Origin: an uncultured Candidatus Saccharibacteria bacterium
Lineage (GTDB): Bacteria > Patescibacteriota > Saccharimonadia > CAILAD01 > JADZBC01
Length of the DNA: 64,000 nucleotides
Assembly (NCBI GenBank): GCA_964600985.1
Contig: CAZRJR010000003.1
Coordinates: forward strand, 2,583-66,582
Direction of reading: 5' to 3'
Shown piece after piece: positions 57,518 through 64,000 of this stretch. The position numbers and the translations under genes are program-made. The notes under the pieces are model-generated. The model saw only the letters and a list, made by a program, of their open reading frames with translations. It searched no databases and was not told where the DNA came from. Numbering within the stretch: the stretch's first letter is position 1; each line of letters starts with the position of its first letter.

Positions 57518-57739
57518 ACATCAACTCCATTCTTTAGTGCATTATACAAAAACCACCAATCGATATTGCCCGGCCCCAATGTTGTATCGGGGGGTTCCAC
57601 CGGGCTTATCCATGGTGGATCACTCTTTCTGACTTGTTTCGCGTCGTCAGCCGCGGAGCTTGCCAAGGTGGTAGCTTGGCTCAAACACTCTCTTTACATT
57701 CTCTATCTAGCCCCAGCATAGACCAAAAAGCTCAAAAAT

Positions 57740-58354
57740 TCAAGCGTGACCCAACCCCTTGCTCAGAGGTATCCCAGTTTTGCACAGTGGACAGTTTTCT
57801 GGCTCGTAAATGTTTAGCTTAAAGTCAATAAAACTGTATAACTTTGGTACACCAAAATCCTCGGCCAAAGAATCATAACGGTTGCATAAACAGCCAATGC
57901 CGACTACTTCACACTCTATCCTCGCGATCTCGCGCTGCAGACCCCTGAGTGAGTTTCCCTGGTTAATTATATCGTCAACGAGCAACACCCTTTTACCGTG
58001 AATCATTTCATCGTACCCACGTCGAATTATAAACTCGCCCTCTGTTTTACGTTTATCAGCATACACGGCGAGAACTTCTCGCTTTTCAAGCTTACCTAGA
58101 TGATGTGCGATCCATTGGCTCAATACTACACCACCCGCAACAGGCCCTATCACGGCATCAACGCTAATCCCTGCAAATTCTCGTGCAATACCCTGGCAAA
58201 TTTCACTCACAAGCTCTACATGGGGCAACAAGGCGTCTTTATTTAAATAAGTATCACCGTGTTTGCCAGAAGTATATACGTAGTGACCGTTACCGCGCAG
58301 TACGTTGTGTTCCTGAAGGAACTTTTCGGCCTGCTGTCTAGATAGTATAGGCAT
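57740..58354 (-). CDS. phosphoribosyltransferase (orotate-PRTase-like) with C-terminal CxxC pair
   Basis: 204 aa. PRPP-binding VLLVDDIINQGNSL. ...CPLCKTG at the C-terminus. Confidence 0.6.
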   Translation of the reverse strand: MPILSRQQAEKFLQEHNVLRGNGHYVYTSGKHGDTYLNKDALLPHVELVSEICQGIAREFAGISVDAVIGPVAGGVVLSQWIAHHLGKLEKREVLAVYADKRKTEGEFIIRRGYDEMIHGKRVLLVDDIINQGNSLRGLQREIARIECEVVGIGCLCNRYDSLAEDFGVPKLYSFIDFKLNIYEPENCPLCKTGIPLSKGLGHA

Positions 58355-58376
58355 AAATGGTATTCCTGATAATTAC

Positions 58377-58453
58377 TGGTGGGCCCTAGAGGATTCGAAC
58401 CACTGACCTCTTCCACGTCAAGGAAGCGCTCTAGCCAACTGAGCTAAGGGCCC
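58377..58453 (-). tRNA. tRNA-Val (anticodon GAC), CCA encoded
   Basis: GGGCCCU-UA-GCUC-AGUUGGCUAGA-GCGC-U-UCCUU-GACGUGG... anticodon loop UUGACGU, T-arm GGUUCGAAUCC, acceptor closes perfectly. Confidence 0.85.
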
Positions 58454-58540
58454 GTAAAATTTTCAAGCAATTATGTTTTGCACGCATCTTTTACAGTATA
58501 GGAGCGCTGGCGCTCTTTTTACTCTAACAACCTACGGCTT

Positions 58541-58562
58541 TGGCCGACTGAGCTAGGGGCCC
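58541..58562 (-). other. 22-nt duplicate of the tRNA-Val 5' end (acceptor+D-arm), 19/22 identical, ~90 nt upstream of the intact gene
   Basis: rc = GGGCCCCTAGCTCAGTCGGCCA vs tRNA-Val GGGCCCTTAGCTCAGTTGGCTA. Adjacent GAGCGCTGGCGCTC-TTTTT hairpin at 58502..58520 (+). Confidence 0.4.
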
Positions 58563-58605
58563 ATGTGTGCGTTAACCACACACTACTTTAGGCCAATCAG
58601 CCAGC

Positions 58606-60198
58606 CTACGTCAACTCGTTTAGCAAAAATGCCAATCTAACCTGTACGGCATCTTCAAACTTAGTAAGGTCATAGCCGGTGAGTTGTCGAATGCGATTAA
58701 CTCGGTAAATGAGTGTATTGCGATGCACCTTAAGGCGGCGTGCAGCTAGAGTAAGGTTCAACGAGGAATCCAAAAGCGCGTGTGTAGTTGCCTCGAGATG
58801 CTTCTGAGTACGAATGCCTTGCACCGTCGTTTCGGCGCTATGACAAGCAAACTCGCGCGCTTCCTTGGTTCCGATCAGTGCCAACAATCCACTAGCAAAT
58901 CCGCCGTTCACCACTCTTGCAGTCGACCACTTTTGCGACGCTATTGACTGGGTATACTGCAAGGCTATTAGGGAATTACAAAGCTGGCCCCGTGCCTGTT
59001 GGCTTGTTAAGTACGTGACCTTTGAGCCCACTGGGAGCTTACCTACAAGCTGCTCTGCCTGACGAGCGGCTTGCCGAGCTGGTATGTTGTCCACCATAAG
59101 CCAGCGGCTCTCACTAAGCTTAACTTTAGCAATAAACGTTGTACTCATATCAACATTAGCGAGATTCGCAGTAGTCTCTACTAAGTACAGGGCGAACTCC
59201 TTTGCTAAACTCACCCCTACACCGGCCATAAACTGGCGAATCTTGGCGTCACGCTGCGTAGAGCCTCCTAGCAAAGCCACTGTAACCTTGTCACGTAAAC
59301 AAACGTTATCCTCCTGCTCGACGTCGGGCGGCCCAGTATAGTCAATCTCCTGGAGAGACACGGCCAAATACAATTGTGTGGCATCGTTAAAGTCAAGTGG
59401 ATCCAAGCCTGTATGCTGACGAATTTTGTCTAGGCGATATATGACCGTATTACGATGAATCCTAGCCACCCTAGCTACTTCCGTAGGGCTCATACTATGC
59501 GCAAAGAACATTTTAAGCGTCGGTAGCAACACCTTGGGCCTGGCGAGTGCTGCAAGCAGTTCTTGGCTCTGAAGGCGCGACTGCGTACGCATACTGTCGC
59601 CATCTGCTATACACGCGACCAAGCCAATGTCTGCTTGGCGGTATACATACGGCTTACCCCAGAGCTGCTTGCCTAAAGTGGCGGCGTTAATCGCGTCTAG
59701 GTAGGCGTGCGGCAAAGCAGTATGCCGAGACGCGGCTTCGCTCAGCCCTATATTAACTTCCTTACCCAGAGCACGGGCAGCTTTTTTGAGTGCCGTACTT
59801 ACTTCATTCGAGCTGTCCGACTCATCTTCGAAAGGCAGTATCACGCATAATTGTGAACCACCCATATAGAGTAAGATTTGTTGGCCACGGATAAGCTCAT
59901 GTGCCTTCTGGAACCATTGATGTGTAAGCTCGGTGCTTTCGTTTGTGGCCGGATCGTTATTTTGCAGTTCGGCCACCACCACAATGCTTGGCAGAGCTAC
60001 TCGACGCAACGCAGCCCGAACCAAAGGCTGGGACGGAACAACTCCTTGCAAGTAAAGGCTCAATGCCTGACTAGCCTCTTGGTTTGAGGGTGTTTTATAG
60101 TGAAGCCTGGCAGTAAAACTCTCAATTATTTTTGGCGACAATACAGGCCCAGATAGCACTGGGGCATTCTTCTTACCTACTTCGAGCCGTGTCGTCAT
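58606..60198 (-). CDS. PucR/CdaR-family transcriptional regulator with internally duplicated C-terminal HTH module
   Basis: 530 aa. Two PucR-type HTH segments: ...SPTEVARVARIHRNTVIYRLDKIRQHTGLD... (mid) and ...LAARRLKVHRNTLIYRVNRIRQLTGYD... (C-terminus). Confidence 0.6.
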   Translation of the reverse strand: MTTRLEVGKKNAPVLSGPVLSPKIIESFTARLHYKTPSNQEASQALSLYLQGVVPSQPLVRAALRRVALPSIVVVAELQNNDPATNESTELTHQWFQKAHELIRGQQILLYMGGSQLCVILPFEDESDSSNEVSTALKKAARALGKEVNIGLSEAASRHTALPHAYLDAINAATLGKQLWGKPYVYRQADIGLVACIADGDSMRTQSRLQSQELLAALARPKVLLPTLKMFFAHSMSPTEVARVARIHRNTVIYRLDKIRQHTGLDPLDFNDATQLYLAVSLQEIDYTGPPDVEQEDNVCLRDKVTVALLGGSTQRDAKIRQFMAGVGVSLAKEFALYLVETTANLANVDMSTTFIAKVKLSESRWLMVDNIPARQAARQAEQLVGKLPVGSKVTYLTSQQARGQLCNSLIALQYTQSIASQKWSTARVVNGGFASGLLALIGTKEAREFACHSAETTVQGIRTQKHLEATTHALLDSSLNLTLAARRLKVHRNTLIYRVNRIRQLTGYDLTKFEDAVQVRLAFLLNELT

Positions 60199-60268
60199 AC
60201 TTGCTCCTACTTCTAAACTAGATTACCAGAGTAAAAAAGCTCACTACAAGCATGGGCGTTTTCGAAGG

Positions 60269-61507
60269 CTATAAATTACCAAACCCCACTCGGTCAGGCA
60301 CTAAGTCTTTCTGTAAGCCAGCGTGCGCACGGATGGTTTTGGGACCATAGCGCCTATTGAGCACATCGATTGCCCTACTCAAGGCCTGATCACGCCGTTG
60401 CTGCCATGACTCAGCTATAGGCAATCCAATCTGCTGGACCTCAGTCAGCTGGGTAAGCGAAAGTGCAAATAAACGAACGGGTTCGGACTCGATCCAAGCT
60501 TCTTCTAGCAGCTGCAGGGCGAGCGTACTAATCGCAGCATAGCCCGTAAGAGACTGTCCAACCTCATAGTATTTATAGACGCCAGGACGCTGGTTATAGG
60601 CGATAAACAGACCTACTCCTCCCGAATACAAACCGTAGCTATGCAGACGTGTCGCTAAACGCTGCACAAGCGCAATCACATAATCACGTGCCTGTATGAA
60701 GCTCAGCTGACGATTACCCAATACTGTCACCTGGTGGCTTATGCTTTTCCTCTTACGCTCGTTGGGGTTTTGATCTACTTCGTAGCCCCGTAAGCGCAAG
60801 TACCACTTCTCGCCCACCACACCAAGCTGTGAGCGCATAAAAGGCAGTGAGCGAGAAGCCAAGTCAGCTACGTCGGACACCCCTACCGCATACAGCCGAC
60901 GCGCCATTCTCCGGCCAATGCCTGTACACTGCACCAGCGGCATCCCCCTATAGAAACTATGGAGGTCCTCAAGACACAATACTACACGCCCGTTGGGCTT
61001 TTTGCTCTGGGCCGCCATCTTAGCTAACCAAATATTGGGCGCAACCCCAATCGAACACTTAATGTATTCGCCCAGACTACTTTTAAAGCGTGTCGATACA
61101 CCTTCTATCAAAGTTAAAACGTGATCAATCTCTCGTCCGTAAGATGGTATAAGCAAGTAAGCCTCGTCTATGCTTTTGGCACCAATCCTACAATACGTGT
61201 TATGTAATACCTCCATAATTCGCCGGTGATAATCGCGATAAATGGTCGCGTTACCGCTTACAATAGTAAGCGGGGGGCAAAGTTCGAGGGCGCGTCCGAT
61301 CTTTGTGCCGACACCAATACCAAACTCCCTTGCCTCGTACGAGGCTGCCACAATACTGCAGTTTCTGCCCAAACAAGGCGCTACTGCCACCGGCCTCCCG
61401 CGCAGCTCGGGCCGCTCTTGTTGCTCTACCGAAGCAAAGAAGGCATTCATATCCACGTACAAACAGGCGTAATCTTGGGGTTTATGGGGCAGAACCGATT
61501 CATTCAT
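60269..61507 (-). CDS. dinB: Y-family DNA polymerase (Pol IV-like)
   Basis: Start taken at MNESVLPH (61507). YACLYVDMNAFFASVEQ, palm and little-finger domains. Confidence 0.8.
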   Translation of the reverse strand: MNESVLPHKPQDYACLYVDMNAFFASVEQQERPELRGRPVAVAPCLGRNCSIVAASYEAREFGIGVGTKIGRALELCPPLTIVSGNATIYRDYHRRIMEVLHNTYCRIGAKSIDEAYLLIPSYGREIDHVLTLIEGVSTRFKSSLGEYIKCSIGVAPNIWLAKMAAQSKKPNGRVVLCLEDLHSFYRGMPLVQCTGIGRRMARRLYAVGVSDVADLASRSLPFMRSQLGVVGEKWYLRLRGYEVDQNPNERKRKSISHQVTVLGNRQLSFIQARDYVIALVQRLATRLHSYGLYSGGVGLFIAYNQRPGVYKYYEVGQSLTGYAAISTLALQLLEEAWIESEPVRLFALSLTQLTEVQQIGLPIAESWQQRRDQALSRAIDVLNRRYGPKTIRAHAGLQKDLVPDRVGFGNL

Positions 61508-61575
61508 GCCCCTATTGTAAGCTATTTTACCCTTAATCACCAAACAAAATACGAATAAGCAAGGCTGACTTAAGT

Positions 61576-62805
61576 TTAATCGTGACGCATGGAGTCAACA
61601 GGGTTGGTATGTGCAGCCTTGTACGCCGGATAAAGCACCACTAAGAAACCAAGGACAGCTACAAATGCCAGCGTAGCAGCCATAAGCATAGGAGATATAG
61701 CAAACAAACTTACCGTTTCGCCCACTCCCCTGGCGCGAGCAAAGCTATTAACTCCCACATTAACCACAGCACCTAGTACGGCGGCGGCGATGATTCCAAA
61801 AACTCCACCGAGCAATGACAGGGTAAGAGCCTCGGCAATGAACAGACGTTTCACGTCGCGCGCTCGTGCACCGAGCGATATCATTAGGCCGAACTCTTTC
61901 GTACGCTCTAAGAGCGATATAGTAAGGGTATTGAACATACCCAGGATTGCGATAACCATACCAATACCACCAAATCCGACTAAAACAACGTTGAGTAAGT
62001 TAAATATCTGGTTGATCTGATCAATGGTATCGATTGGTGAAGCAGTAACAAAGCCCTGATTCTCTATTTGCTTACGAACCGCAGCCACCTGACTGCGATC
62101 GGAGACCAACAGCTTGGCCTGAGTGGCGTTTTTAACACCTTGTTCTTCAAAAACCGCCGTAGGTACATAAATTTCTGCGCCAGCACCTGTTTCTACCACC
62201 GCAGCCACCTTAAAACTACGCGTTATAATAGTGTCTTTAGTGCCTTCTTCTTGAGCAGATATTGTAATATCTACATCAATAGTCTTGCCAATAACTTCTG
62301 CTTTGTCACCCGAACCGGTAGCCTTAAGCAGTGAGGTATTCACAATCACCCCATCGTTACTCTCTACATTATTCGTAGATCCAGAAACGACCTTGAAGGC
62401 GCTTAGATCCACATACGTCTGGTCTGATCCATATACGACCGCATCGGTACGCGACTGCCCTAGTGAGACCTTGCCGCTTGAATAAAACACCCGAGCAACT
62501 TGCTCGACAGCTGATAAGTTCTTAAATTCAGCCAAGTGGTCGGCATCGATCTTAACACTCTTGGCCTTAGGGGTGGTCACATCGATCGTCTTAATAGACT
62601 TAGAGCCAATTACTTGACTAGCAACGAGCTTCTGAAGACCAAAGCCAAGCGAGAGTAGGAACACAATCGAGCCAATACCGATTACAACACCTAAAATGGT
62701 CAAAAACGTACGTAAACGCTTAAAAAACAAGTTCTTAAACGCAATACGAATGAGCACGTTGAATTTAATTGCTCGGGTCGATAGGTTGGGCTTAGACTGA
62801 CTCAT
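61576..62805 (-). CDS. ABC transporter permease, FtsX/MacB-like
   Basis: 409 aa. N-terminal TM, large periplasmic domain, C-terminal 3-TM FtsX module. Confidence 0.85.
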   Translation of the reverse strand: MSQSKPNLSTRAIKFNVLIRIAFKNLFFKRLRTFLTILGVVIGIGSIVFLLSLGFGLQKLVASQVIGSKSIKTIDVTTPKAKSVKIDADHLAEFKNLSAVEQVARVFYSSGKVSLGQSRTDAVVYGSDQTYVDLSAFKVVSGSTNNVESNDGVIVNTSLLKATGSGDKAEVIGKTIDVDITISAQEEGTKDTIITRSFKVAAVVETGAGAEIYVPTAVFEEQGVKNATQAKLLVSDRSQVAAVRKQIENQGFVTASPIDTIDQINQIFNLLNVVLVGFGGIGMVIAILGMFNTLTISLLERTKEFGLMISLGARARDVKRLFIAEALTLSLLGGVFGIIAAAVLGAVVNVGVNSFARARGVGETVSLFAISPMLMAATLAFVAVLGFLVVLYPAYKAAHTNPVDSMRHD

Positions 62806-62807
62806 AC

Positions 62808-63626
62808 CTACTCCTTGCTCCCATGAGAATGCTTGGGCCGTGGCGGCTGAAAGTCAATAATTTGTCGGGGTGCCGACGCCTTATGCATAACTACGTCGTC
62901 GGTAGGCTTGCGTGGGCCGTCGTATGAGCCCTTTTCTTCAGTCACTACCCCGTCTTTTATATATAGCCGGTGGTCGCTTAGGGGCAAGTAATCAAGGTTA
63001 TGCGTAACCAAGATAATCGTACTTCCAAAGTCCGCTTTAAATGACTCGACCAACTCCATGATCTTATCGCCATTTTTGGAGTCAAGATTTCCTGTTGGTT
63101 CATCGGCTATAAGGAGCATGGGGCTTACAATCGAGGCGCGAGCCATCGAAATACGCTGCTGCTGACCGCCTGAAAGCAAGTTTGGCCTATAGTGAGCGTA
63201 TTTATCCAGGCCTACACGACTAATACTCGCCTTGGCTTCACCAATCGCCTCTTGATAACTGCGGCCGGTTAAATACAGCGGAAGCGCAACGTTCTCGAGA
63301 GCGTTGAGGCTATTTACCCAAAAGTTCGTCTGATACACCATCCCCATTCTACGAGCCCTAAACGCAGCCCGTTCGTCGGCAGTAAGTGTATATAGATGCG
63401 TACCGTCTACTACTACCGAGCCGGTTGTGGGCGGCTCAAGGCCAGTTAATACATTTAGAAGTGTGGATTTACCAGACCCAGAAGGCCCATATATTATGGT
63501 GAAACTACCACGACGAATGCTAAAGTTCACATCATGGAGCACTTCCACTGGTCCATCATCCAGCTGGAACTGCTTTGAAACATTCTCAAACTTTACTACT
63601 ACGTCGTCCATAATTCCGCCCATCAC
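62808..63626 (-). CDS. ABC transporter ATP-binding protein (MacB/LolD-type)
   Basis: 272 aa. Walker A GPSGSGKST, signature LSGGQQQRISMAR, Walker B LLIADEPTGNLD. Probable start is the third Met (63611). Confidence 0.9.
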   Translation of the reverse strand: MMGGIMDDVVVKFENVSKQFQLDDGPVEVLHDVNFSIRRGSFTIIYGPSGSGKSTLLNVLTGLEPPTTGSVVVDGTHLYTLTADERAAFRARRMGMVYQTNFWVNSLNALENVALPLYLTGRSYQEAIGEAKASISRVGLDKYAHYRPNLLSGGQQQRISMARASIVSPMLLIADEPTGNLDSKNGDKIMELVESFKADFGSTIILVTHNLDYLPLSDHRLYIKDGVVTEEKGSYDGPRKPTDDVVMHKASAPRQIIDFQPPRPKHSHGSKE

Positions 63627-63685
63627 GCCTTATATATATCTTATTTTAGCATAAGCATAATCCGAGCTTCTACGGACTGCACACA

Positions 63686-64000
63686 TTACAGCTTGAACCC
63701 GAATATCTTCTGAATGGCACCAAAGATCACGCTAAATATGTTGTCTGTACCGCGTCCTACCACCACGGACTGACTGGCCGACGATACTGTGTTGCCGGCC
63801 TTATCGTTTGATATAGCCCCTACGCTATATACACTTGAGGTTGCCAGGTCGGATATGATCACAATGTGGTCAGTAGTTAGGCGAGCATCTTCGGCAGTCT
63901 TAGTAGTTGCCGTAGCGCCAGCTCCCACCCCGTAACTCACTTGCGAAGTCGAGGGTTCATCGGTCTTCCAGGTGACGATTATCTGTCCGCGTGCCTCAGC
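63686..64000 (-). CDS. partial ORF running in from beyond the window end; hypothetical (Ser/Thr/Gly-rich, likely secreted)
   Basis: Open reading frame continues to position 64000 without a start. Only the C-terminal ~100 aa are visible. Confidence 0.25.
   Translation of the reverse strand, partial: AEARGQIIVTWKTDEPSTSQVSYGVGAGATATTKTAEDARLTTDHIVIISDLATSSVYSVGAISNDKAGNTVSSASQSVVVGRGTDNIFSVIFGAIQKIFGFKL

Noticed and set aside
57518-57739. T-box leader upstream of thrS (and upstream of pheS)
   Set aside because: Searched both leaders by eye for AAUUAGGGUGGNACCGCG and found no convincing match.

Overview
The window is mostly housekeeping genes on the minus strand, from what looks like a small, low-GC (~45-48% by eye) bacterial genome with many overlapping gene ends and lineage-specific hypotheticals. 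A Patescibacteria/Saccharibacteria-like genome fits the composition and gene content, but that is a low-confidence guess. Protein genes include gyrA (partial), gyrB, pheS, pheT, trpS, argS, thrS, smpB, class-I fba, comM, infC-rpmI-rplT, rpmB, miaA, rnhA, uppP, dinB, rmuC, a UvrD-helicase/nuclease and an ABC pair. There are two surface-glycan loci (GT4s, GalT-like HIT protein; DUF4012-GT4-polyprenyl-phosphate sugar transferase). Four stable RNAs are present: tmRNA (ssrA, 29473..29861 -), RNase P RNA (rnpB, ~43205..43606 -), tRNA-Pro(GGG) and tRNA-Val(GAC). The main unexplained structures are these. (1) Two tandem, visibly GC-richer mini-cassettes sit directly 3' of ssrA, each headed by an 18-bp perfect direct repeat of the ssrA 3' tail fused to a sigma70-like promoter. 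They carry a tautomerase-superfamily-like gene and a small coupled gene pair, with no integrase. (2) A complete NlpC/P60 cysteine-peptidase-like domain (~160 aa) is inserted into PheT between the B5 domain and the PSWR motif. (3) An ~800-bp ORF-free, promoter-bearing structured region lies upstream of the pheST operon. (4) A 1400-aa NHL/Ig-repeat surface protein ends in a transmembrane helix and a PhoR-like H-box, with the rest of the kinase frameshifted and truncated. (5) Smaller oddities: a GyrB acidic expansion, non-ATG starts for infC and apparently miaA, an internally duplicated PucR regulator, and a tRNA-Val 5' fragment duplicate.
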